DNA from: a virus
Reading direction: 5' to 3' (one strand)
DNA length: 64,000 nt
Virus record (IMG/VR): IMGVR_UViG_3300026549_000005
Coordinates: 3,003-67,002 of that record
Shown: positions 43,228 to 52,866 of the stretch, one piece after another
How the letters are laid out: each line of letters begins with the position of its first letter
Position numbering within the stretch: position 1 is the stretch's first letter
Notes under the pieces: generated by a model
The model's database searches: none
What the model saw: only the letters and a program-made list of their open reading frames with translations
What the model was told of the DNA's origin: nothing
Translations under genes and position numbers: made by a program

Positions 43228-43292
43228 TTTCAACTCCTTACAAAAAAGACCGTTACCCCCGCAAGGCAACGGTCTTTGGATTCAATTAATAA

Positions 43293-44366
43293 TTAACGAT
43301 TTTCACGGAATGCCTTTGTACAACTATCCCAACAATCGCAATTATCACAATCATCAAATCCGTCAACATCAACACCGAATTTATGACCGAATTTGCATTT
43401 TCCTGAGCAAGCCTTTTTAGGTGTTTCATCTTCATCAAAATCATCCATATCATCAAATGATTTTTTAGAAGATTTTTTTGGAAGTTCATCATCTTCATCT
43501 TCATCATCTTCATCACGATGCTTAGATTTTTTAGAAGGAGCAGGTTCATCATCTTCATCTTCATCATCTGCAACCTTTTTTGATGATTTTTTAGGTGTTT
43601 CATCTTCATCAGAATCATCATCTTCATCATCTTCCTGCCCATAAAGAATTTTTTCAACTTCTTCATAAGTTGGAACATTCATAATTTCATCAAAAGAAAT
43701 TGCCGATTCAACAAGTTCATCAGGTATAGGTTCATCACGGTCTTCAAAACCAAACGATTTGAATTCCATATATTTAATCTTACCAAAAGATGTTTCACTT
43801 GCACGGAATTTAATTTCCTTACCATTTTCAACATCAGCAAAATCAACGAATCCGCCCTCTTCATCATCACGAGCCTCATCAATCAATTCCTTTTCAAACA
43901 GATTGTGTGATGCCTCAAACACCTTAATTTTATCAGGGTCTTTCAAATCCTGAACATTGTAGAACACACGTCTTTTAGGTTTCAGGTCTTTAGCCTCTTT
44001 GTCCTTACCTTCTTTAGCAAGCAGTGCTGATTGTTCACAAATCGGACAAGGCTTACCATAAGTTTCTTTCAAACAGATAACACTTGCTTCACTTACACCG
44101 ACTGAACGGTGAACCCATAAATCCATCACATAATCAGTATCACCAATTTCAAAATCCCCACGCTTTACAAGCGGATGATTCTTTGTTTTGATTACATAAG
44201 GAATGATGTTAATTCTGTTTTTACCTTCAGCAGGCTTAAAAAAGTTCACTTCACCGTCAACTTTTCGCCAATCCATTACACCTTTTCTTGAACCGCCCTT
44301 ACTTTCCTTAGTTTCAAAACTTGCCTGATAGCGTTTTGACAATCCACCTTTCTTCTTGTTCACCAT
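43293..44366 (-). CDS. gp32-like ssDNA-binding protein with repetitive acidic tail and terminal Cys cluster
   Basis: Zinc motif ..H..C..CPIC; acidic DEDETPKKSSKK-type repeats; C-terminal CSGKCKFGH...CDNCDCWDSC. Confidence 0.6.
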   Translation of the reverse strand: MVNKKKGGLSKRYQASFETKESKGGSRKGVMDWRKVDGEVNFFKPAEGKNRINIIPYVIKTKNHPLVKRGDFEIGDTDYVMDLWVHRSVGVSEASVICLKETYGKPCPICEQSALLAKEGKDKEAKDLKPKRRVFYNVQDLKDPDKIKVFEASHNLFEKELIDEARDDEEGGFVDFADVENGKEIKFRASETSFGKIKYMEFKSFGFEDRDEPIPDELVESAISFDEIMNVPTYEEVEKILYGQEDDEDDDSDEDETPKKSSKKVADDEDEDDEPAPSKKSKHRDEDDEDEDDELPKKSSKKSFDDMDDFDEDETPKKACSGKCKFGHKFGVDVDGFDDCDNCDCWDSCTKAFRENR

Positions 44367-44378
44367 ATCGAACTCCTT

Positions 44379-44879
44379 TTATTTTTTACTGAGATTCCTG
44401 CGAATATCACTCGCCACATTCTCATTAATTGACTTTTTAACACCAGCACCATCTGCAACCGAATAATAGCCTGCAACATACAACTTAACAAGATTATCCA
44501 ATTCAGACCTTCTTGCATCCATTGCGTTTACCGCAACCTGCAATCTACCAAAAGTTGTTTCAGCCTCCCGCAATTCAGATTTTGCTTTATCAACTTCAGA
44601 ATCCAAAGTTAGCATTGAACTAACCATAGCTTCTGTAAATTTCTGCCCGCTTTCAGAAAGATTTTTCCTAATCCTGATGTTTGCTTCAGCCATAACATAT
44701 TCAAGATTATCTTTTGCCTCACTTACATTACTTTTTGCCAATGAACAAGCCTCGGCATAATAAGCATATCTTGAGGCATGGGAAATACATTCTTCATCAA
44801 GTTTATACTTGTTGATTGTTAAATCTTTCTGAAAATCATCTTCAGAATTTTCTTTTGCCAATGTTTCAGCCTTTGTCAT
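44379..44879 (-). CDS. coiled-coil protein, possible UvsY-like recombination mediator
   Basis: 166 aa, next to the SSB gene; the functional call is weak (about 0.3). Confidence 0.55.
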   Translation of the reverse strand: MTKAETLAKENSEDDFQKDLTINKYKLDEECISHASRYAYYAEACSLAKSNVSEAKDNLEYVMAEANIRIRKNLSESGQKFTEAMVSSMLTLDSEVDKAKSELREAETTFGRLQVAVNAMDARRSELDNLVKLYVAGYYSVADGAGVKKSINENVASDIRRNLSKK

Positions 44880-45060
44880 TTTCTACCACCTTTAAAATGT
44901 GTTTGTTTTACACCATGTTGAATAACCATCTTCACCCTTTTTTTGTATCTTTATCAGTTTTCATAATCTGAAAATTCTTCCAAAAGATTGCATTATTCAA
45001 CCATCTGAAAAATCTTGTTTTCTTCATTCATCTTTTAATCCTCCAAGATAATGTTCTTAT

Positions 45061-45072
45061 ACTTTAATTATA
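45061..45072 (-). promoter_or_regulatory. -10-only promoter motif TATAATTAAAGT (M4)
   Basis: About 180 nt upstream of ATG 44879. Confidence 0.4.
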
Positions 45073-45182
45073 GATAATCTTATAAAATTATTTACCTTTT
45101 ATAAAAAATTATTGCCAAGTTCTTTTTCCATCAACAACAACCATTTTCTTACCCATCATACAATCACTTATCTTTTTTCTTG

Positions 45183-46106
45183 TTATCCTAAAAGTGATTC
45201 ATAATCAAGACACGCAACTGTAATAGCAAATTTTCCATTTCTATATGTATCAGCCTGACTAAAAGCCTGCAATGCACAAACTGCATTCTGATTCATTTTA
45301 CCTTTCAACAATACCGAATTCATATAACCCATAACTGCCTGCCTGATTCTTTCAGGCTCACTCAAATCCAAATCTTTAATTACCTGAGCAAGTTTTGCCC
45401 AGTTGCAACCCTGCGAAAGCAAGCATCTACACAACTCAATTGTTTCAGAATTTTCACCATCTACCCCTGCTGAAAGAACTTCCAATTGTTCATCTTCTGA
45501 ATCCAAATAAAGAACCTTAGCAAGCAATTTTAATGCTTTTCTACTTCCACCATCAGCCTGCTCTATTATTGCATTTACAACTTCAGGTGTTAATTTCTTA
45601 CCCTCTGCCCTTGCAGTCCTTTTAAGCAGGTAAGTCATTTCTTCATTGCTTAAAGGTTTCATTGCAACAACTGAACATCTTGTAACAAGCGGTTTTATCA
45701 GTTTTTGTGGGTCGGTAGTACACAAGAAGAAATAAACATGGTCGGGTGTATCTTCGAGCGGTTTTAACATTGCATTCTGCATATCATTAGTCCACTTATG
45801 GCATTCGTCAAAAATCCACACGAGAGCATCACCATCAGACGGCATATACTGCATTTGCTCCAAAATATCCCTTGCGGTATCAATACCACGGTTTTCAGCC
45901 GAGTTTATTTCACGAATGCTTAAATCACCTGCACCAACTTCTTTTGCGATGATTCTTGCCATTGTTGTTTTTCCGCAACCAGCATTTCCCGTAAACAAGA
46001 AAACATGACTACCATTTTCAAGTTCCTTTTTTACTGCCTTAATCGCCGATTCATTACCAACCATTTCATCTTCAGTTTGTGGTCTGTATTTTCTGTAAAG
46101 TTCCAT
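45183..46106 (-). CDS. clamp loader AAA+ ATPase (gamma/tau, RFC-like)
   Basis: YRPQT..., Walker A GNAGCGKTT, Walker B IFDECH, sensor VTRCSV; ATG 46106 after GGAGG. Confidence 0.8.
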   Translation of the reverse strand: MELYRKYRPQTEDEMVGNESAIKAVKKELENGSHVFLFTGNAGCGKTTMARIIAKEVGAGDLSIREINSAENRGIDTARDILEQMQYMPSDGDALVWIFDECHKWTNDMQNAMLKPLEDTPDHVYFFLCTTDPQKLIKPLVTRCSVVAMKPLSNEEMTYLLKRTARAEGKKLTPEVVNAIIEQADGGSRKALKLLAKVLYLDSEDEQLEVLSAGVDGENSETIELCRCLLSQGCNWAKLAQVIKDLDLSEPERIRQAVMGYMNSVLLKGKMNQNAVCALQAFSQADTYRNGKFAITVACLDYESLLG

Positions 46107-46116
46107 TTTATCCTCC

Positions 46117-46128
46117 ACATTAATTATA
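46117..46128 (-). promoter_or_regulatory. -10-only promoter motif TATAATTAATGT (M5)
   Basis: Immediately upstream of the clamp-loader RBS. Confidence 0.4.
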
Positions 46129-46147
46129 GTATTAAAATAAACAAAAT

Positions 46148-46465
46148 TTATTTTATTTTTTCTAAAAACAAAAACATTTGTCTATTTAATTTTTCTTGTT
46201 CAAATTCATTTAATTCAATTTTAATTGATGAATTATTTCCATCAAGCATAACTTCAACTCTTGATTTAGGAATTACTTTGCAAATATATTCAGCCATTTT
46301 GAAAATTGTATATTCCCTCCAACAAGTAAATTCTTGCCCTTGTATTATTACAGATTCATGTCTATCCAATTTTCTTGCTTCAATACTACCTTTAGAATTT
46401 TTCTTATAGGCTTTCATTCCAATTGAAATAAATTCTTCAATCATGTTTTCGGTATTCCATATCAA
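46148..46465 (-). CDS. hypothetical protein
   Basis: 105-aa ORF. Confidence 0.5.
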   Translation of the reverse strand: MIWNTENMIEEFISIGMKAYKKNSKGSIEARKLDRHESVIIQGQEFTCWREYTIFKMAEYICKVIPKSRVEVMLDGNNSSIKIELNEFEQEKLNRQMFLFLEKIK

Positions 46466-47091
46466 TTTACAACCTCATCAATAAATATTAGTTCCTGAGC
46501 ATACGGCAATGTTCTCGCCCAATCAATAAAAGATTTTGACCACTCTGTTAGTTTATGAAATCGCCTTTGCCCTTTACTGCACATTGCAAGCAAGTTTTCA
46601 TAATCCATAGTAACCGTTCTTTTCTGCAACCAAGATTCAGGCAAATTTACAATAAGTTTTTTCCACCAAACTTTGTCTTTAGTTTCATTGTAATTTTTTC
46701 TATACCCCTCAAGAAATTCGATTGTTTTAGGCAAAATATAATTCCCGCATTCAAAACAATCTCTTGTAATTGGAGTATCAGCCAACTTGTGCATTGTAGA
46801 AGTTGAGTTTGCGACTGTTCCAACTTTGTATGTATCAAACTCTTTCCACCAGTAAAGCGGAGCAGTTATATCGACACATACGAAAATCTGTCGCATAAAC
46901 TTTCTATGCTCTGAACCTGCTTTTATCAGGCTTTGTGCAAGTTTAAGGTCATTTTCACCAATTACTGTATTTTCAATTTTTCCGTTATAGCCTTTAAAAA
47001 TCGAATCACTTTTATTCCAACTATTTTTTGGATTCCTAGCACCCAAAATCGCATTATAAATGTTATATACCGATGTATCTTCAAAAAGCAT
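46462..47091 (-). CDS. ThyX-like (Thy1-fold) protein without the canonical RHR...S.R motif
   Basis: GSEHRKFMRQIFVCVDITAPLYWWKEFDTYKVGTVANSTSTMH aligns by eye to the ThyX core, with RHR replaced by TYK. Confidence 0.45.
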   Translation of the reverse strand: MLFEDTSVYNIYNAILGARNPKNSWNKSDSIFKGYNGKIENTVIGENDLKLAQSLIKAGSEHRKFMRQIFVCVDITAPLYWWKEFDTYKVGTVANSTSTMHKLADTPITRDCFECGNYILPKTIEFLEGYRKNYNETKDKVWWKKLIVNLPESWLQKRTVTMDYENLLAMCSKGQRRFHKLTEWSKSFIDWARTLPYAQELIFIDEVVN

Positions 47092-47336
47092 TATTTTCGC
47101 TCCTCCTTTTCAATCAATTTATTCAAATACCACTGTGCTTTTTTAAGTTCCTGCACGGTTTCATCTTTCTTGCCAACCCTACAAAGATACTTCAACGCAT
47201 TTCCACGCAAAAAACCCTTATATTGTTCTTCTGGTAACCACGCTTCAAGAACTTTGATACATTCATAAGTCGTATCACCGCCATATCTTTCAGGGTGATT
47301 CACTTCTTCTTTTTTAAGTTCCATAGTTTCTTTCAT
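47091..47336 (-). CDS. DUF3310-family protein
   Basis: NHPERYGG...GFLRGNALKYLCRVGKKD..ELKKAQWYL. Confidence 0.6.
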   Translation of the reverse strand: MKETMELKKEEVNHPERYGGDTTYECIKVLEAWLPEEQYKGFLRGNALKYLCRVGKKDETVQELKKAQWYLNKLIEKEERK

Positions 47337-47346
47337 TTATAACTCC

Positions 47347-49266
47347 TTAAAATAAACTATTTGTATTTAAGTCAATTCCAAAATCGGCAATTCTTTTTTT
47401 GGCTAAATTTATATACCAAGTCTTGTCAAGTTTTTCAGGAATTTCAACACCATTCACTTCATCATTAAAGATAAAAACATTATCGCAAGTATTAGCGAAC
47501 TTTTCGATAGTTGCACCTTCAGTTTTACATTTTCCAATGTAAGTATCTGATTTATCTTTACTAGCAAAAACCCTGAATGTTCTATCTGTAAGATAATGCC
47601 CATTATGCCAGCCCATGCAATAATTTGAACTTATTTTAACTATCTTTTGAAATTGCTTTAATTCATTACATTCAGCAATTGTATCTTCAGGCAACACACC
47701 TTTAGTTAAATAATCAACAATTGCTTTATTCACAATCGGCAAATCGTTATCAAGTTCACTTAATTCCTTAACATAAGCACCTTTTCTTTCAAGTTTTCCA
47801 TTAGTAAAACGCATGATGTAATTATTTACATCTTTCTGCCAAATTTCAGAAATTTCATCAAAACCCAATCCCATTTTTGTTCTATCCATCCATTCCTGAC
47901 ATATTTCCCGCATTTTCTTTTCAGCATCATCATTATCAGCAACTTGCAGGATAATACCATCAGTATTTGATTGGATAATATCGGCATAACCCTCAAGATG
48001 CTCGAGCAAATCAAGCAACATTAACTGCCCATTTACACAAACATTGTTTGCCTGCCGAGGGTCATAAGCACTTGAATTCTTATCTTTACAAATTCCATAA
48101 GTAGAATTCAAAATAATCTTATATGGTGCTTGTTCTTTTTTCTTGCCTGCTTTTTTAAGTTCAACACGTTTATCGTATATTTCCTTAAACTTTTTCTTAT
48201 TCTCACAATTTCTAGTTAGAAAATCATAAACAATCATAATTGATGGATAATAAGAAGTAACATCAACATGGAATAATCGACCTTTTATGTGCAGAGGTTC
48301 TTCAGGACAACCATGTAGACCACCCCACCCGAACACATGAGGAACTCCACAAACTTCAATTTCCAAACTGTTTTTATAATCATGATTTCTAGGATTTTCA
48401 AACCAATCCCGCACAAGTTTATATTTTTTAAGTTTCAGAATTGGAACAATCTGTAAATCAAATTCATCATCATGTTCTTTCTTTTCACACCCAATAACCT
48501 TTGCACTTAATTGAGCCTTAGTTGCCCTAACCTTTGCTATATCAAGATGAAAGGTGTTTATCATATCTATTTGTGCATCATATTCTGTTTTTCTTATCTT
48601 AAATACTTCAATAAGCTGCTCAACATCATGCCCACAATATTTAATTGTTTCCACAACTTCATGTCTTGTTAATTCCCTATCCAAATCAAAAGGAACACTT
48701 GTTTCTTTTATGTTATTACCCATGAATCCTTCAAGTTGTTTTAATCCTTGCATAGCAGGAGCAATGTCAAAATCAAGCAACTGAATATCTTTAAATTCAT
48801 CACTAATCTGCCAACCCTTCATTCCCAGCATAATAATTTTATCGTTTACTTTTTTAGGGTTCATATCAAGTAAAATTGATTTAAGAATGTATGTATCATA
48901 ATTTCTTGAATTATAGCCAACCCACAATTCTTCTTTATGGTGTCTGTAATAACGTTTTAATGCTTTTCTATCATTTACAATAACTTCTTTTATGTTTTCA
49001 ATCGGATTAACGATAACGACCATCCAATCGCACATAAACACTTCAAAATCATAAAAATTAAGTGAATATGGATAATTTTCAATTGTAAAATCCTGATATT
49101 TTTCATGGTCAAGTTGCACCTTTCTATCCATAACAATCAATTTATCTAAATCAGGTTCTTTATAAACAATCTTTTTAGGTTTTACATCTGCAACTTCTTT
49201 CTTTACAACCATTTGTGCAGGTTCACCCCTTAAAATTCTAATATCATCAGAATCAAATAAACTCAT
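47347..49266 (-). CDS. family B DNA polymerase
   Basis: Exo motifs FYDFEVF, YNSRNYD, YCGHDVEQL; pol motifs DVTSYYPSIM, KIILNSTYG, SNTDGI; C-terminal NSLF. Confidence 0.85.
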   Translation of the reverse strand: MSLFDSDDIRILRGEPAQMVVKKEVADVKPKKIVYKEPDLDKLIVMDRKVQLDHEKYQDFTIENYPYSLNFYDFEVFMCDWMVVIVNPIENIKEVIVNDRKALKRYYRHHKEELWVGYNSRNYDTYILKSILLDMNPKKVNDKIIMLGMKGWQISDEFKDIQLLDFDIAPAMQGLKQLEGFMGNNIKETSVPFDLDRELTRHEVVETIKYCGHDVEQLIEVFKIRKTEYDAQIDMINTFHLDIAKVRATKAQLSAKVIGCEKKEHDDEFDLQIVPILKLKKYKLVRDWFENPRNHDYKNSLEIEVCGVPHVFGWGGLHGCPEEPLHIKGRLFHVDVTSYYPSIMIVYDFLTRNCENKKKFKEIYDKRVELKKAGKKKEQAPYKIILNSTYGICKDKNSSAYDPRQANNVCVNGQLMLLDLLEHLEGYADIIQSNTDGIILQVADNDDAEKKMREICQEWMDRTKMGLGFDEISEIWQKDVNNYIMRFTNGKLERKGAYVKELSELDNDLPIVNKAIVDYLTKGVLPEDTIAECNELKQFQKIVKISSNYCMGWHNGHYLTDRTFRVFASKDKSDTYIGKCKTEGATIEKFANTCDNVFIFNDEVNGVEIPEKLDKTWYINLAKKRIADFGIDLNTNSLF

Positions 49267-49321
49267 ATTTACCTCAAGAAAATAATGCTAACTGACTTTT
49301 ACATCAGTTAGCAGGAATCAA

Positions 49322-50404
49322 TTATTTCTTTACATCAATTGTTGAAATCAAGTGTGTAGATGTTGGAGTCACAAACAACAAACGCATCGCCTCTTTTCCA
49401 CTTTTCAAAGTCTGCTTTACAAGATAGAATTCGGTTGAACGCTTCGCAATAAATGACATCATGTTAGGGTCAACATATACGGTAATAGGTTCAAATTCTT
49501 CACCCAAATTTTCAACCCAATCAACTTTTTCAGCATAATTTCCCGTCGCTCTTTCGGATTCAACTAAAATACCATCAGTTGAAAGTGTTAATCTAATTGC
49601 AGATTTTTCAACTGTTTCAATACTGAATGGCACTGCACGGTCAATTGCATTAAACATTTCAAGCGGGAATTTTCCATGCAATCCACTTTCCTTATCATCA
49701 GATATGGCAAGAACCTTTTCAATTGCCTCAAGCGGGAATTTGTTAAATTGCAGGGTTTTTACACTAAAAACTGTTTCATTTACAGACTTAAAATGAACCC
49801 AATTTCCATTCAACTGAACTGAAGTCAATTTTCCAACTTTAAGCAATTCAGCAACGGATTTATCAGACAACCAAAATTCAGATAAATCAACATCTTTGAA
49901 GTCATATTTATTTACCTGCCATCCATCAGTTGAATACATTGTTGCACCCTTTACTGCAATTCCTGCCATTGGTGTTTTGTTATTCTGCATTAAACAAGTT
50001 CCAAGTCCATCTGCAAAATCTTCAGGTAAATCAACCCAATCTTCAGCAGGCTCAACACCTTCAAGTCTTGTCTGATATTCAAATTCCATCAGGGTTAATT
50101 CAGCCTTTGCCTTACCATTTTTCAAAACCCATTTTTTCTCGGCAACTTCAAATTCAATTTCATCTGAAGGGAATTTGCTGATAACCTTAAAGAATTCATC
50201 TGCATGAACTGCACCCTCAATTGATTCTTCAACCAATCCCGCCTGCTCAATTGGCACTGCAACTGAAATCAAATCATTGTAACTGTAAATCCTGCCTGAA
50301 TGGAAAATAAAGGCATCTGCACCCGATAAAGTTGAATTCCCCGTTTCAATACCAGGCATTGCCATTTTAAGACTTTCCATCAGTGCTTTTTTCTGAACAA
50401 CCAT
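49322..50404 (-). CDS. sliding clamp (DnaN-like)
   Basis: 360 aa, between the polymerase and SNF2 genes; beta-clamp-like patterns (GATMYSTDGWQV; YVDPNMMSFI). Confidence 0.6.
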   Translation of the reverse strand: MVVQKKALMESLKMAMPGIETGNSTLSGADAFIFHSGRIYSYNDLISVAVPIEQAGLVEESIEGAVHADEFFKVISKFPSDEIEFEVAEKKWVLKNGKAKAELTLMEFEYQTRLEGVEPAEDWVDLPEDFADGLGTCLMQNNKTPMAGIAVKGATMYSTDGWQVNKYDFKDVDLSEFWLSDKSVAELLKVGKLTSVQLNGNWVHFKSVNETVFSVKTLQFNKFPLEAIEKVLAISDDKESGLHGKFPLEMFNAIDRAVPFSIETVEKSAIRLTLSTDGILVESERATGNYAEKVDWVENLGEEFEPITVYVDPNMMSFIAKRSTEFYLVKQTLKSGKEAMRLLFVTPTSTHLISTIDVKK

Positions 50405-50432
50405 CTGTCATTCCTCCATTATCATTGTTTAT

Positions 50433-50444
50433 ACTTTAATTATA
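50433..50444 (-). promoter_or_regulatory. -10-only promoter motif TATAATTAAAGT (M6)
   Basis: 16 nt downstream of a terminator. Confidence 0.5.
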
Positions 50445-50460
50445 GAAATTGAGATAAAAA

Positions 50461-50486
50461 AAAGCACCGATTTTACTCGGTGCTTT
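50461..50486 (-). terminator. rho-independent terminator
   Basis: 10-bp stem aaagcaccga/tcggtgcttt followed by TTTTTTATC on the minus strand. Confidence 0.7.
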
Positions 50487-50513
50487 TCATTTAATTCCTT
50501 ATTAAAAACTTCC

Positions 50514-52211
50514 TCATTTCAATCCCTTTCTTTCCTTGTATCTTTTCAAAATATCTTTATCCATATCACCAATATCAAACATAACCGCATCATCTTCATT
50601 ATTTAATACTTTTTTCATATCCTTATTATGAGTATTCAATATTTCAATTATATCTTCATCAATACTATCTTCAAGAATAAGATAATAAGCCATAACAGAA
50701 TCAGCCTTTTGCCCTATACGGTGTACACGGTCTTCCGCTTGTTCAACTTCAACACAAGTCTGCCCAAATTCAATAAAGCAGGTCGCCTTACTTGCAGTTA
50801 ATGTAATTCCTGCACCACAAGCCTTTATCTGCCCAACGAATAATTTAATTTTTTCATCATTCTGAAATCTATCAATATTTTTCTGCCTATCTTCAACTTT
50901 TGTTCCGCCATTTATTCCAACTGAAACACCCTTAAAAGTATCAAGCATAAAATCAAAAGTTGCCTTATGATAAACAAAAACAACCAACTTATCATTTATC
51001 TGTAAATAATCCTTTATCCATTGCAAAACCGCATTTCTTTTTGCTTCAAAACTAGCCCGCTTTAATTGTGCCAATCTTTGCAGGGCATTTGTTTCACCTC
51101 TTGAGATTGCATCTAGGAAGTCCGCATCTACATCATTGTACTGTTTGCGTTCTTTCTCACTCACTGCCATTGGAACAATTATTCTGTTTTTAGGTGGTAA
51201 TTGTGTTAGAACATCTTTCTTTAATCTTCTTATCATAAATCTGCTTATCTTTTGGTGTAATTCATCAGCGTTAGATAATCCATTAAACTGCCAACCAAAA
51301 TAAGTCTTAATAGGGTCACAATACCGCATTAAATATGCCCATCTGCTAGGAAATAATTTCTTATTAAGGATATTTAGGCAGGTGAAAAATTGACTTGTTC
51401 TTGTTTCATAAGGTGTACCACTCAAAAATATTTTCTTTGCCTTATTATCACAAATCTGCTGAACTGCCCTAGACCTGATTGTTTCAGGCTCAGCAATATA
51501 CTGAACTTCATCTGCAATAATTGTATTAAAAGTGTGATTATTTATTTCATCACACCAACCATAAACTTTGAGGATTTTCTTTTTATAAGGTTCTTTCTTT
51601 TCCTTGCACTTTTTCTGCCTTGCTAATTCAGCCTCTTTTTCTGCCTTATCTTCACTACCCAAAATATCATAGTTTACAATCCAAACGGGATATTTCTTCA
51701 AAAATTCATCAGAGAGTCTTTCAGGCATCCTGCCACTAATTATGTAGGTCTTCACTCCGCTCCACTTCTCAACTTCCCTTGCCCAATTCAGTTTCAAACT
51801 TGCAGGGCAAATAACAAGTGCAGGCAAACTATTTTCTTTTAGTGCCAAATAAACACAAGCCTGAACTGTTTTACCCAAACCCATTTCATCAGCCAATAAG
51901 TAATTCTTATCATCTGATAATAATTGTTTTACACCTTCTTTCTGAAAAGGATATAAAGATTCAGGTATTTTATAACCACAATCTATTTCTTTTTTTACTT
52001 TATCTTTCAAAAATATCTTTGCTGATTCATCAAATGGATAACCTGCCTCAAACAGTTTCAACGCATTCCTCCTAGTTGGTGGTAAACAGAAAATATTAAC
52101 ATTAGATAAATATTCTGAATATTCTGATTCTTTTGCTATATCAAGAACAACCCTAAAATCCTTACCTTTAGTTAATTGCACACACAACCTTTCACCATCA
52201 TAGATAACCAT
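50514..52211 (-). CDS. SNF2-family helicase
   Basis: LLADEMGLGKTVQA, IIADEVQYI, AEDRVHRIGQ. Confidence 0.85.
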   Translation of the reverse strand: MVIYDGERLCVQLTKGKDFRVVLDIAKESEYSEYLSNVNIFCLPPTRRNALKLFEAGYPFDESAKIFLKDKVKKEIDCGYKIPESLYPFQKEGVKQLLSDDKNYLLADEMGLGKTVQACVYLALKENSLPALVICPASLKLNWAREVEKWSGVKTYIISGRMPERLSDEFLKKYPVWIVNYDILGSEDKAEKEAELARQKKCKEKKEPYKKKILKVYGWCDEINNHTFNTIIADEVQYIAEPETIRSRAVQQICDNKAKKIFLSGTPYETRTSQFFTCLNILNKKLFPSRWAYLMRYCDPIKTYFGWQFNGLSNADELHQKISRFMIRRLKKDVLTQLPPKNRIIVPMAVSEKERKQYNDVDADFLDAISRGETNALQRLAQLKRASFEAKRNAVLQWIKDYLQINDKLVVFVYHKATFDFMLDTFKGVSVGINGGTKVEDRQKNIDRFQNDEKIKLFVGQIKACGAGITLTASKATCFIEFGQTCVEVEQAEDRVHRIGQKADSVMAYYLILEDSIDEDIIEILNTHNKDMKKVLNNEDDAVMFDIGDMDKDILKRYKERKGLK

Positions 52212-52233
52212 TTATAACCCCATAATAAAAAAA

Positions 52234-52270
52234 AGGTGGTCAAAAGTTAAAAATAAACAATCGACCACCT
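52234..52270 (-). terminator. terminator after the sigma-factor gene
   Basis: Stem aggtggtc/gaccacct with a 21-nt loop, followed by TTTTTTTTATT on the minus strand. Confidence 0.55.
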
Positions 52271-52288
52271 GCTTAAAGTCAATAAAAA

Positions 52289-52801
52289 TTACGCATACAA
52301 AGCATAGCCATCAGAATTCCAAAATGTTTTAATTTCTTCCCACAACCTTATACTTTTCTGCCTGCTATAATGAAATTTCTTCATAACCCTTGCAATAGTG
52401 GGTTTGCAGGAATAAACATTGTTTTCATCATTCCATTCAAAACTCACAAGCCAATTCAAAACATCATAAGCCTCAATCGTAAGCATTTCTTTTGCAACTG
52501 CCAAAAAATCCTTCACTTTAAGACTTTCAGTTTTTTCATCAACTTCCAAATCATATTCAGCACCATAAATCACAAACTTTTTTCTTTTAATTTCTGCCTT
52601 GCAATAATCACCCAATGACTTCAGACGAACATACAAAAAAGTGATAAATTGCACACCACTTGAAATATCATACTTTTCAAGGGTTTCACAATAAATCAAG
52701 AATGCCTGAGCCTCAACATCTTCATAAGGTAATTTATACAATCTTGCATAATTACCTGCCGTTTTTCTAATAAGTCTGACATACTTATCAAACATATCCA
52801 T
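52289..52801 (-). CDS. phage-encoded sigma-70-family (ECF-like) sigma factor
   Basis: Region-2-like YEDVEAQAFLIYCETLEKYD...FITFLYVRLK; C-terminal HTH-like segment; monocistronic between P5 and a terminator. Confidence 0.6.
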   Translation of the reverse strand: MDMFDKYVRLIRKTAGNYARLYKLPYEDVEAQAFLIYCETLEKYDISSGVQFITFLYVRLKSLGDYCKAEIKRKKFVIYGAEYDLEVDEKTESLKVKDFLAVAKEMLTIEAYDVLNWLVSFEWNDENNVYSCKPTIARVMKKFHYSRQKSIRLWEEIKTFWNSDGYALYA

Positions 52802-52831
52802 ACATATCCTCCAAATCTACAATATGATTAT

Positions 52832-52860
52832 TTTATAAATCAATTTATATTAAAAGTCAA
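52832..52860 (-). promoter_or_regulatory. early promoter P5 (TTGACT-17-TATAAA)
   Basis: Conserved motif upstream of the sigma gene. Confidence 0.55.
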
Positions 52861-52866
52861 GTAGTT

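Noticed and set aside
43286-43678. ORFs 43286..43678 (-, MKMM-rich) and 43393..43644 (+, S-rich) overlapping the SSB tail
   Set aside because: They are alternative-frame and antisense readings of the GAT/GAA/AAA-rich acidic-repeat region. Their low-complexity artefactual composition contrasts with the clear SSB frame.
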